From Bacteroidia bacterium (lineage in GTDB: Bacteria > Bacteroidota > Bacteroidia > NS11-12g > UBA9320): a stretch of 64,000 bases of DNA. The DNA lies in NCBI GenBank assembly GCA_965216465.1, contig CBDCFW010000006.1, positions 704,001-768,000 on the forward strand, in the 5' to 3' direction. The stretch's first letter is position 1, and every line of letters starts with the position of its first letter. The translations under genes and the position numbers were made by a program. Shown here piece by piece: positions 1 through 9,243 of this stretch. The notes under the pieces are model-generated. The model saw nothing but the letters and a program-made list of their open reading frames with translations, ran no database searches and had not been told where the DNA came from.

Positions 1-2
1 AA

Positions 3-914
3 GATAACGGCGTAGACCTGATGTTTACAGAATTCATTTCTTCTGAAGGACTGATTCGTGATGCCGCTAAGAGTACACAAAAACTCGACATATTTGAATA
101 CGAAAGACCGATTGGAATTCAAATTTTTGGGAATGAAATCAGCTCTATGCGTGAAGCAACAGAAATTGCTACAGCTGCAAACCCAGACATCATTGACATC
201 AATTATGGCTGTCCGGTTAAGAAAGTTGTAGGAAAAGGAGCCGGAGCTGGAATCTTGCAAGACATTCCAAAGATGGTTGAAATGACGTCTGAAATAGTTA
301 AGAGTACGCATCTGCCCGTCACCGTTAAAACTCGTTTAGGCTGGGATGAAAAAACCATGTACATCAAAGAAGTAGCTGAACGTCTACAAGATGTTGGCAT
401 TCAAGCGCTTAGCATTCATGGTCGTACACGTAAACAGATGTATAAAGGTGAAGCAGATTGGACATTAATTGGCGAAATTAAAGACAACCCAAGAATCAAT
501 ATCCCAATATTTGGTAACGGCGATATTGATAGCCCTCAAAAAGCTAAATTATATAAAGATCGATACGGCGTTGATGGGATAATGATAGGACGAGCATCAA
601 TTGGCTATCCTTGGATATTTAATGAAATCAAGCAGTACCTGAAATCAGGAATTGTTCCTCCTCCTCCGACAATTACTGAACGTGTTGAGGTTTGTAAAAA
701 ACACTTTGACTATTCATTAAAGTGGAAGGGAGATATTTTGGGAATTGTTGAAATGCGTAGGCACTACTCTAACTACTTTAAAGGCATTCCTCATTTTAAG
801 GAATTTAGAAGTAAGCTGGTACAGTCTACCGATGCTGATGAGATATTTGGATTGCTTGAAGAGGTTAAGGTCTTATTCAAAGACCACGTTTTTGAGCATT
901 TACAGACCGCCTAG
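3..914 (+). CDS. dusB: tRNA-dihydrouridine synthase DusB (5' end outside the window)
   Basis: Motifs DINYGCP, TVKTRLGW, IHGRT, GNGDI and MIGRA; frame is open upstream of the ATG at 21. Confidence 0.95.
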   Translation, partial: DNGVDLMFTEFISSEGLIRDAAKSTQKLDIFEYERPIGIQIFGNEISSMREATEIATAANPDIIDINYGCPVKKVVGKGAGAGILQDIPKMVEMTSEIVKSTHLPVTVKTRLGWDEKTMYIKEVAERLQDVGIQALSIHGRTRKQMYKGEADWTLIGEIKDNPRINIPIFGNGDIDSPQKAKLYKDRYGVDGIMIGRASIGYPWIFNEIKQYLKSGIVPPPPTITERVEVCKKHFDYSLKWKGDILGIVEMRRHYSNYFKGIPHFKEFRSKLVQSTDADEIFGLLEEVKVLFKDHVFEHLQTA

Positions 915-1064
915 CTGTTTAACCAAAAAAGCCCATACGATAGTGAGAAGCAAAAGCATGAATATAAAACTTCTCCAAAATCCAAAACCTTTGTTTTTTG
1001 AATTCCTACCGATCAGATAGGCAATCAAGATTGCCACTGCGAAATAAATAATGGTTAAACTCAT
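900..1064 (-). CDS. Small two-TM membrane protein, 54 aa (MSLTIIYFAVAILIAYLIGRNSKNKGFGFWRSFIFMLLLLTIVWAFLVKQLGGL); not in the ORF track
   Basis: ATG overlaps the GH3 stop (ATGA); two hydrophobic helices with a basic loop; fills the gap between genes. Confidence 0.7.
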   Translation of the reverse strand: MSLTIIYFAVAILIAYLIGRNSKNKGFGFWRSFIFMLLLLTIVWAFLVKQLGGL

Positions 1065-2599
1065 GCACTTGCCGTTTCTAAAAACGCTCTCCAGTTTTTT
1101 AACATCTTTTTATTGAGTACCCGTGGGAATTTGTTTTGAGACCCCTCTTTCCCATTGTCTCTCATCCAAGTATAGAACCTTTCAGACGGAAGAAGGTTTA
1201 CACGTATATCTTTTAATGCTGCTGAACGCTCAACACGATAGTCGTCATTCAACACTTTGAGTGTCATATCGAGCTTGTTTTTGATTTCTTCTTTCTTAGA
1301 GTACAGCGATTCTACATCACAAGAAATAAACCACTCATGGGCAAAGAAGCCTTCATGAGGAATGCCACATACGGTAAATTCATCAAAACTCACATCATAC
1401 TCGTTTGCGACTATTTCAATTGCTCGGTTCATGTTGTCGACCGAAAGGTGTTCACCACAAAGTGACAAGAAATGCTTGGTTCTTCCTGTGATTTTAATTT
1501 CACATCGATCAAGGTTTGTAAACTTGATGGTGTCTCCAATTAAATAGCGCCACGCTCCCGCACAGGTAGAGATTAAGATAGCATACTCATCGGTGGTGTT
1601 TACTTCCGATAACTTCAATGCTTTTGCGTTGGGCAGTAACTCTCCATTTTCGGTAAAGTTTTTGCTATTAAATGGCACAAACTCAAAATACAGCCCATTG
1701 CGCAGCAGTAAACGCATACCTCCTTCACTATGCTCACGAGTTTGATACGCTATAAACCCTTCTGAAGCAAGATAGGTCTCAAAGTACTTAATAGGACGCC
1801 CCATTAATTCATCGAGTGACTTCTTGTAAGGTGTCAAGCTAACTCCCCCGTGTATATAAGCTGCAAAGTTTGGCCAGAGGTCATGAATATTGTCGACACC
1901 ATATTGATCTATGATGCTCTCGAATAAAAGCTTGATCCACGCTGGAACTCCAGCAACCATTCCGACATCCCATTCTTGTGCTTCGCGGGTAATTCTTTCA
2001 ATTTTTTCTTGCCAGTTTTTTTCTCTTCGGATGTGCAATCCCGGCTTCGAAATACGTTGAAATAGAATGGGTACTGAACCGGTTGTGATTCCACTCAAAT
2101 CGCCTGAATAATACATTCCGTTGTATTCGAGTTCTGTGCTTCCTCCAATCATTAACCATTTTTTAGCAATGTGGTCTTTGGGAACATCAGTTTGAGCGAT
2201 GGAAATAACTTGGCGAACACTCGCTCTTTTAATCGCTCTAAGCATTTGGTCGCTTACTGGAATGTACTTACTACTTCCATCAGAAGTACCTGAACTCACT
2301 GCAAAATTTTTGATTATTCCAGGCCAGGTAACATCAGGTTCCCCTAGTCTACTTCTGGTCCACCAAGGGAGCATGTCTAAGTAATCTCCTATTCTTGCCG
2401 CCTCTTGAAAATCATTGAGTAAATTGTCTGAATCGACCAGTTCGTTGAAGTGATGCATTTTGCCAAACGATGTAGATTCTGCTTTGGTAATCAGCTTCTT
2501 AAGCGTCTTTTTTTGAATCTGCTCACCTTGTTCAATATTAACTTTTAAAAAAACGCCTCGTTTTTTTACTTCGGTGAGTAATCTTTGCAGCAATGCCAT
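1061..2599 (-). CDS. GH3 auxin-responsive family acyl-acid amido synthetase-like protein
   Basis: Motifs SSGTSDGSSKYIP, YLASEGF and GAWRYLIGD. Confidence 0.9.
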   Translation of the reverse strand: MALLQRLLTEVKKRGVFLKVNIEQGEQIQKKTLKKLITKAESTSFGKMHHFNELVDSDNLLNDFQEAARIGDYLDMLPWWTRSRLGEPDVTWPGIIKNFAVSSGTSDGSSKYIPVSDQMLRAIKRASVRQVISIAQTDVPKDHIAKKWLMIGGSTELEYNGMYYSGDLSGITTGSVPILFQRISKPGLHIRREKNWQEKIERITREAQEWDVGMVAGVPAWIKLLFESIIDQYGVDNIHDLWPNFAAYIHGGVSLTPYKKSLDELMGRPIKYFETYLASEGFIAYQTREHSEGGMRLLLRNGLYFEFVPFNSKNFTENGELLPNAKALKLSEVNTTDEYAILISTCAGAWRYLIGDTIKFTNLDRCEIKITGRTKHFLSLCGEHLSVDNMNRAIEIVANEYDVSFDEFTVCGIPHEGFFAHEWFISCDVESLYSKKEEIKNKLDMTLKVLNDDYRVERSAALKDIRVNLLPSERFYTWMRDNGKEGSQNKFPRVLNKKMLKNWRAFLETASA

Positions 2600-2614
2600 C
2601 GAAGCAAAGTTACA

Positions 2615-2968
2615 ATGAATCAGGAAAATGAAATAAGCTTAAAAGAGAAATGGTTTAAAATTAGAGAGCTTATTGAAAAAGTGTTTAGTAAGACTCCTGA
2701 TTTGAGTGCCGTTCTCTATGTAATAGGAATGCGTGAACTCGGCAAACCTCAGACTAAATTCACCAAAGAAGAAAAGGTTAGGCTCATGCATATTGCCACA
2801 TGTAGAGTATTGAGTACTTCGGGGCATTATAAGCTTTTAGGCTCAGACGAAAATGATTGGCCTGTATGGGAATTGGTCGAAAAACTGCCTCATCAAGACT
2901 TGCTTGAACAAGAAATGTACTTGCGACATCACATCGTTAATTACTTTGAAGAAGAAGAGTTAATTTAA
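2615..2968 (+). CDS. Conserved hypothetical protein (Bacteroidota)
   Basis: LYVIGMRELG...KEEKVRLMHIATC pattern; ATG 2615 preferred over TTG 2585, which overlaps GH3. Confidence 0.65.
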   Translation: MNQENEISLKEKWFKIRELIEKVFSKTPDLSAVLYVIGMRELGKPQTKFTKEEKVRLMHIATCRVLSTSGHYKLLGSDENDWPVWELVEKLPHQDLLEQEMYLRHHIVNYFEEEELI

Positions 2969-3043
2969 TAATCTTCTTTCACATTTTCCACATTACTTGC
3001 TAGACGAAAATAGAGGTTTAACTTTGCCCAATTTTTAATATAA

Positions 3044-5863
3044 ATGCCAAAAGATTCTAGCATAAAACACGTACTAATTATCGGAAGTGGACCGATAATT
3101 ATCGGTCAAGCATGTGAATTTGATTACTCTGGTAGTCAAGCAGCTCAAAGTTTAAAAGAAGAAGGAATTGAAGTATCACTGATCAACTCAAACCCTGCCA
3201 CGATCATGACTGATCCGAGCATGGCTGATCATGTTTATCTTCTCCCATTAACCGTTCAAAGTTTAGAGCAAATTCTAAAGGAACAGAACATTACTCACGT
3301 TTTGCCTACCATGGGTGGACAAACAGCATTAAACCTTGCGATTGAAGCTGATGAAGTAGGTATTTGGGAAGACAATGATGTAACTATCATTGGTGTTGAC
3401 ATCGACGCTATCGAGAAAACAGAGAATAGAGATCTTTTCCGTTCTTTTATGATTGAACTTGATATTCCAATCGCTACTTCAAAAATTGCTAATTCTTACT
3501 TAGAAGCTAAAGAAGTTGCTCAAGAAATTGGTTTCCCGCTAGTAATTCGTCCTTCATTTACCTTAGGGGGCTACGGAGGAGGATTCGTGCATAAAAAAGA
3601 AGATTTTGATGTTGCTGTAAAACGAGGATTAGAAGCTTCACCTACGCACGAAGTTCTTGTTGAACAAGCTGTATTAGGTTGGAAAGAATACGAGTTAGAG
3701 TTGTTGAGAGATAGCAACGACAATATTGCTGTAATCTGTACTATTGAAAACTTAGACCCAATGGGAATTCATACCGGAGATTCGATTACCATCGCTCCAG
3801 CAATGACTTTAAGTGACACTTGTTTCCAAGAAATGAGAGACATGGCATTTAAGATGATGCGTGGAATGGGTGCATTTGCCGGCGGTTGTAATGTTCAGTT
3901 CTCTGTAAATCCAGAAGATGAAAGCATTATTGCTATTGAAATTAACCCAAGGGTATCTCGATCATCAGCTCTTGCATCAAAAGCCACTGGATATCCAATT
4001 GCAAAAATTGCAGCGAAATTAGCTTTAGGATATTACCTAGATGAATTGAAGAATCCAGTTACGCAAACCACATCAGCATTCTTCGAACCAGCAATTGATT
4101 ACACCATCATTAAAATTCCACGTTGGGATTTCAATAAATTTAGGGGTTCAGAAACAACACTTGGTCTTCAAATGAAGTCGGTTGGAGAAGTGATGGCAAT
4201 TGGTCGTTCTTTCCAAGAAGCACTTCAAAAGGCTTGTCAATCGCTTGAAATTAAGCGTTTAGGATTAGGTAGCGATGGGTACGAATTGAAGAAGCTAGAT
4301 CCAATTATTCATAGTCTTGAGAATCCAAGCTGGGATCGTATATTTCACATAAAAGATGCTATGTCTTTAGGTGTACCTATTACATCTATACAAAAGATTA
4401 CTAAGATTGACAGATGGTTCTTAGAGCAGATTTATGAGTTGGTAAAAACCGAACGTGAAATCAAGAAATACACTCTTGAGAATATTGACCAAGATATTCT
4501 TAGAACCGCAAAAGAAAAAGGATTTTCAGATGCTCAAATCGCTCATCTACTTGGTGGAGAGATAGAGGATATGGACGTTTACAATAAACGTAAATCGTTG
4601 GGTATCAACAGAGTTTATAAGATGGTTGACACTTGTGCAGCTGAATTTAGCTCTCCAACAAACTACCTATACTCAACATTCGACGGAGAGAATGAAAGTG
4701 TTGTAACAGACAAAAAGAAAATACTTGTAATCGGATCTGGACCAAATAGAATTGGTCAAGGAATTGAGTTTGATTACAGTTGTGTTCATGGAATTAAAGC
4801 TGCTCAAGAATGCGGTTACGAGACCATAATGATCAATTGTAATCCTGAAACCGTAAGTACTGACTTTAACACTGCTGATAAGCTTTACTTCGAGCCAATT
4901 TTCTGGGAACATCTTTTTGAAGTAATTGACTTAGAAAAGCCAGAAGGTGTAATCGTTCAGTTAGGAGGTCAAACCGCATTGAAACTTTCAGAACGTTTAC
5001 GTGACCATGGCATCAAAATATTAGGTACATCATTTGAAAACATGGACCTCGCTGAAGACAGAGGTTCATTCTCTGATCTATTGAAAGAGTTAGATATTCC
5101 TTATCCAAAATATGGTGTAGCAGAAAATGCTTATGAAGCGATTCAAGTTGCAAATGAAGTTGGCTATCCAGTATTGGTGAGACCATCTTACGTATTAGGA
5201 GGACAAGGAATGAAGATTGTAATCAACGACGAAGATCTTCAACAAGCGGTAATCGATTTATTGGGTGACCTACCTGGAAACAGAGTACTAATCGACCACT
5301 TCCTAGATAGAGCAGAAGAAGCAGAAAGTGATAGTATTTGTGACGGTGAGGATGTCGAAATAATCGGAGTTATGGAGCACATTGAACCTGCTGGAATCCA
5401 CTCAGGTGATTCATCTGCCGTTTTGCCACCATTTGACCTTTCAGATAATGTAATTGCTCAAATCGAAGAATATACTGCCAAAATTGCACGCGCAATGAAT
5501 GTGGTTGGATTATTGAATATTCAATTTGCAATAAAGGATGAGAAAGTTTACGTAATTGAAGCCAATCCAAGAGCAAGTAGAACAGTACCATTCATCTGCA
5601 AGGCTTATCAGGTTCCTTACGTAAACATCGCAACCAAAGTTATGTTAGGAGAGAATAAGTTATCGGATTTTGATATCAAACCAGTAAAGAATGGTTACGC
5701 AATTAAACAACCGGTATTCTCGTTCAATAAGTTCCCTAATGTAAATAAAGAATTAGGTCCTGAGATGAAATCAACCGGAGAGGCAATCCTATTTGTTAAA
5801 AATACCAAAGATCAAGTTTTCAGAGACCTATACAGCCAGAAATCAATGTATTTAAGTAGGTAG
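3044..5863 (+). CDS. carB: Carbamoyl-phosphate synthase large subunit (short form, no full MGS domain)
   Basis: GSGPIIIGQACEFDYSG, duplicated ATP-grasp domains, GPEMKSTGE. Confidence 0.97.
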   Translation: MPKDSSIKHVLIIGSGPIIIGQACEFDYSGSQAAQSLKEEGIEVSLINSNPATIMTDPSMADHVYLLPLTVQSLEQILKEQNITHVLPTMGGQTALNLAIEADEVGIWEDNDVTIIGVDIDAIEKTENRDLFRSFMIELDIPIATSKIANSYLEAKEVAQEIGFPLVIRPSFTLGGYGGGFVHKKEDFDVAVKRGLEASPTHEVLVEQAVLGWKEYELELLRDSNDNIAVICTIENLDPMGIHTGDSITIAPAMTLSDTCFQEMRDMAFKMMRGMGAFAGGCNVQFSVNPEDESIIAIEINPRVSRSSALASKATGYPIAKIAAKLALGYYLDELKNPVTQTTSAFFEPAIDYTIIKIPRWDFNKFRGSETTLGLQMKSVGEVMAIGRSFQEALQKACQSLEIKRLGLGSDGYELKKLDPIIHSLENPSWDRIFHIKDAMSLGVPITSIQKITKIDRWFLEQIYELVKTEREIKKYTLENIDQDILRTAKEKGFSDAQIAHLLGGEIEDMDVYNKRKSLGINRVYKMVDTCAAEFSSPTNYLYSTFDGENESVVTDKKKILVIGSGPNRIGQGIEFDYSCVHGIKAAQECGYETIMINCNPETVSTDFNTADKLYFEPIFWEHLFEVIDLEKPEGVIVQLGGQTALKLSERLRDHGIKILGTSFENMDLAEDRGSFSDLLKELDIPYPKYGVAENAYEAIQVANEVGYPVLVRPSYVLGGQGMKIVINDEDLQQAVIDLLGDLPGNRVLIDHFLDRAEEAESDSICDGEDVEIIGVMEHIEPAGIHSGDSSAVLPPFDLSDNVIAQIEEYTAKIARAMNVVGLLNIQFAIKDEKVYVIEANPRASRTVPFICKAYQVPYVNIATKVMLGENKLSDFDIKPVKNGYAIKQPVFSFNKFPNVNKELGPEMKSTGEAILFVKNTKDQVFRDLYSQKSMYLSR

Positions 5864-5865
5864 GT

Positions 5866-6012
5866 ATGAAATATATATTAGTAGGTATTATTGTCTATTT
5901 TATTCTTAAGCGCGTGCTTAATATTAAGACCGCTATAAGCAACGACGTTCCACGCAGTAACAGCACCTATAATGACGAGGAGCAGTTTACTGATTACGAG
6001 GAAGTTGAATAG
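5866..6012 (+). CDS. Small single-TM protein, 48 aa, DUF4834-like; not in the ORF track
   Basis: MKYILVGIIVYFILKR...EEQFTDYEEVE; starts 2 nt after the carB stop; C-terminal DYEEV motif. Confidence 0.65.
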   Translation: MKYILVGIIVYFILKRVLNIKTAISNDVPRSNSTYNDEEQFTDYEEVE

Positions 6013-6248
6013 ATAATTTTTGTTAATACGGGCAAGTTATTTTGTCCATCAATCTCTTATTTTATTGCACTTTTGTGTAGTGGGTATTTGTTGCTATCGA
6101 CGGAATACCCCTCTCAAATTAACTGTGGTTTCAGTATCTTTGTTATTATATAACAGCGTACTAACTACTACTACAGCTCACTGTTTATTTGTAAATGATT
6201 GCACATCAGCGATGTAGCAGTATTTGGTGCTTTTTATTGATACTACTT

Positions 6249-8015
6249 ATGAAATCAGTATTTACAGTACTTACCCTCCTGTGTGCTATTTTCTCCAATG
6301 CACAGACTTACAATGCTGCATTCCAAGACATCGATTTTGGTGGCACAGGTGTTACGATAACCAATAAAGTTGGTACCGGACTTGCCGCCGGTGATGTTGT
6401 TCTCTATGAGGATGTTGTTACCATTAGCGGACAAGACATTGACGCCATCGTGCGGACTATAGCAGTCGATCCAACCATGACGAATCATGATAACCCATCA
6501 ACTACTGGCTTTGGGATGACAAACAACGAGGAGCGATTCTTTTCACCTCAGTTTAATTTTTCAGCAGCAGGAGAAGCTGAATTTAGATTTGAATTTATTT
6601 TAGGAGGGAGTTACGATAATTCTACAGATTCAGGTACCATAGTAACACTTGAAAATGTTGCCATAAACACCTACGATATTGATGGAAATGGCCTTTCTGG
6701 GACCAACCAATACAATCAGTTTGGAGGATTTTACAATACCTACTTAGGTTCGGCTACAACTGTTTCGCCAACTTATGATGTTGGTTCCGGTCTTACCAAT
6801 TTTAGATCAAGTATATCGTCAAATGTTTCGAACGTACTTGACGACAATACAAGGGTACAAGTAGCTTATTCTTCAGTGAGTTCATTTACAATTGTGGTTG
6901 GAGCTGAAGGAGGTGGGTACGCCTATTTCTTTATAGACTTTGGTACTGGTAGCACATGGACTAATCCCCCCGATACTTTAAGTCCACCACTTGTGGATTT
7001 AGATACTTCTACCCCAGGAGAAGAACGAACCGATACGTTTTGTGCTACTCCAAGTTACTTTACAGGTGGAGGAACAAACATTGTTACTACTAACCCAACC
7101 ATTGATGAATTAATGATTACCTATGACTCATCTGCTGTTAGAGATGGGGCTTATGAGCAATTGTTAGTTCAAGGTGCGGTAAGCGGTGATACGCTTCCTC
7201 TCTATTTCTTGTCAGATACCAGCTATGCTGTTGTTGATTTGAATGGTGTACAATTCCAAGCGGAAGGAACCATTTCTGGTGAGCAACGAACTATAACATT
7301 CACTCGACTGGTTGGAACCATGTCGGTGGCTGAAACTGAAATGCTTTTAGACTCATTGGCTTATTACAATGCCATGCCATCAACCGCCCTGAGACAATTT
7401 GATGTTCTAATGCGAAGTGGAGCCTTTACAAGCTTGGCTACTCAATTTAACACATTAACCAGTTGTTCTTTCTTATCTATTGCCCAATTAGATTTTGAAA
7501 TTAGTTCATCCAAAGACAATCATGCAGTTTTGAGGTGGTATGTAAAAAATGAAACTGACGTTTCGCACTACGAAATTGAAAGAAGTGTCAATCCGGAACA
7601 CTGGGAATCAATAGGCTGGGTTTCTTCCTATGCACTTCAAAACGATTTTAACATATACACTTTTGTAGACCAAAACACACTTCCAAGTGAAATTTGCTAC
7701 AGGTTAACTCCATATTCTACGAGCAATGCTCCGGCAGGATCGTATGTAGAATGTATTGACCTTACATCTAAGGACCCAATTGTAGATGTGTTTCCTAACC
7801 CATCGAAGGATAAAATTCAGGTAAATCTTGTAAACTGCAATGACCCAAGAATTACTTTTACCGATAGTAGAGGTTTAGACATTTCTGGCGAAATAAAGCC
7901 ACTTCATGGAAGTAATTTGGAATTTGATTTAGGCAATTTACGTCAAGGGTTATACTTTATTCACGTTGAGACCAATTCAGGAATTGTAACCAAGCCACTT
8001 ACCGTGGTAGATTAA
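6249..8015 (+). CDS. Secreted T9SS (type A CTD) adhesin-like protein
   Basis: Signal peptide ending FSNA-Q; C-terminal VFPNP...GLYFI...KPLTV; Thr/Ser/Gly-rich beta domains; ATG 6249 preferred. Confidence 0.8.
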   Translation: MKSVFTVLTLLCAIFSNAQTYNAAFQDIDFGGTGVTITNKVGTGLAAGDVVLYEDVVTISGQDIDAIVRTIAVDPTMTNHDNPSTTGFGMTNNEERFFSPQFNFSAAGEAEFRFEFILGGSYDNSTDSGTIVTLENVAINTYDIDGNGLSGTNQYNQFGGFYNTYLGSATTVSPTYDVGSGLTNFRSSISSNVSNVLDDNTRVQVAYSSVSSFTIVVGAEGGGYAYFFIDFGTGSTWTNPPDTLSPPLVDLDTSTPGEERTDTFCATPSYFTGGGTNIVTTNPTIDELMITYDSSAVRDGAYEQLLVQGAVSGDTLPLYFLSDTSYAVVDLNGVQFQAEGTISGEQRTITFTRLVGTMSVAETEMLLDSLAYYNAMPSTALRQFDVLMRSGAFTSLATQFNTLTSCSFLSIAQLDFEISSSKDNHAVLRWYVKNETDVSHYEIERSVNPEHWESIGWVSSYALQNDFNIYTFVDQNTLPSEICYRLTPYSTSNAPAGSYVECIDLTSKDPIVDVFPNPSKDKIQVNLVNCNDPRITFTDSRGLDISGEIKPLHGSNLEFDLGNLRQGLYFIHVETNSGIVTKPLTVVD

Positions 8016-8016
8016 C

Positions 8017-9012
8017 CTAGCAGAACCACCAATAATCCTTAGCTTTTTTCAGTGAAGTTTGGTCTAAACGCTCTTGAATTTTAGCCTTATCTTCAGGCGA
8101 AGATACAGCCAGTATAAGCTGCTTATTGGCCCAGTTAATATCAGATGGGCTTGATAGCACTACATCATGAATCGTAACTCCTTGCTTTTTAGGATTGTCA
8201 GTTATCCAAATAAATTGCTGACCTGCTTCATTTAATAATGATGCAACGCGCTTACCTTTCTTTCCTGCTCCCCATAACACAAGTTCTTTGGTTCTATTAA
8301 AATCAATATCTAAAAACCTGCGTACTTTTAAAGGGTAGTAAGCCATAGGGAAGTAAATTGGTAACTTTCGGGAGGTTCTATTCTGGCTATCTCTCCAATG
8401 ATGAATAACTTCCTGAACCCGAACAACGTCTGTGCCATGTTTGTATGCTCTGAAGCAAAAATCATAGTCCTCAGGAAGATAATCTGAGTTAAACCCTCCT
8501 ATTCTATCAAAGTCATCACGGTCCATTAGCCAACCCGGTGAAGGAATTGGACATTCCATATAAACATCCTCCCAAAAATTGTCAGCAGACATGAGATTAT
8601 TTATCCAATTTTCATAATTCTGGAAGCCTAATCCAACCATCCACTCATCTGAGAAGTACTTAACCTTACCTGTTACCACGCTGTTAGGTGTCCATGATTC
8701 TACTAGTAGTTTTAGTTTATTCAAAGGCATTATGTCGTCGGCATCCATACGATGAATGAACTGGCCGTTTACTTGTGCATAGGCAGTACGTAACGCATCT
8801 ATTATTCCATTTCCTTGATTATCAAGCCATTGAATCTTGTCGTTTTGATGCGAATATTCCCATAAAATTTCAGAGGTTTGATCTGTACTCGAATCATTCA
8901 CTACAACCAACTCCCAGTTTTGATAAGACTGAGCTAAGATTGAGTCTATACAAGGCCTTAAGTACGGTGCAGCGTTCTTTGCAGGCATTACTATACTTAT
9001 CAACTTTTTCAC
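8017..9012 (-). CDS. Family 2 glycosyltransferase
   Basis: ISIVMPAKN, VVNDSSTD, MDADD and PEDYD; likely GTG start at 9012 or 9018, because the track's extension to 9168 runs antisense through the ncRNA. Confidence 0.9.
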   Translation of the reverse strand: MKKLISIVMPAKNAAPYLRPCIDSILAQSYQNWELVVVNDSSTDQTSEILWEYSHQNDKIQWLDNQGNGIIDALRTAYAQVNGQFIHRMDADDIMPLNKLKLLVESWTPNSVVTGKVKYFSDEWMVGLGFQNYENWINNLMSADNFWEDVYMECPIPSPGWLMDRDDFDRIGGFNSDYLPEDYDFCFRAYKHGTDVVRVQEVIHHWRDSQNRTSRKLPIYFPMAYYPLKVRRFLDIDFNRTKELVLWGAGKKGKRVASLLNEAGQQFIWITDNPKKQGVTIHDVVLSSPSDINWANKQLILAVSSPEDKAKIQERLDQTSLKKAKDYWWFC

Positions 9013-9032
9013 CTTCACAATGCAAATTTTAC

Positions 9033-9040
9033 TATATTTG
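9033..9040 (+). promoter_or_regulatory. Bacteroidota -7 box TATATTTG for the 6S-like RNA
   Basis: Exact TAnnTTTG, 5 nt before the first base of the closing stem. Confidence 0.7.
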
Positions 9041-9045
9041 ACATA

Positions 9046-9233
9046 GGACTGGAGAAGATAATTGAAAAATTCAACAGTTTTTACTTTTCCGGCTTTAACC
9101 GAAACGTATAAGAACAGGCCTTGAAATCCAGACTTGTCGGTAATGAACTTACCTCGGTAAGTGAACATTGGAAGTTCGTGACGTGGAGAGAGCCAAATCC
9201 TATTTTTTAGGAATTTTTCAAGTAGTCCAGTCC
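9046..9233 (+). ncRNA. ssrS: 6S RNA (SsrS / 6S-Flavo-like)
   Basis: ~190-nt rod: GGACTGGA 9046-53 pairs with TCCAGTCC 9226-33; TTGAAAAATTC 9062-72 with GAATTTTTCAA 9211-21; central bubble; GGCTTT/AGAGCC; apical ACAGGC..GACTTGT; own promoter and 3' T-run. Confidence 0.75.
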
Positions 9234-9243
9234 TTTTTTTCTT

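Noticed and set aside
745-1020. 91-aa plus-strand ORF
   Set aside because: It overlaps dusB out of frame; the minus-strand 54-aa membrane ORF explains the gap better
6020-6217. 65-aa ORF in the track
   Set aside because: TTG start, atypical composition, and it overlaps the promoter and structured leader of the downstream gene
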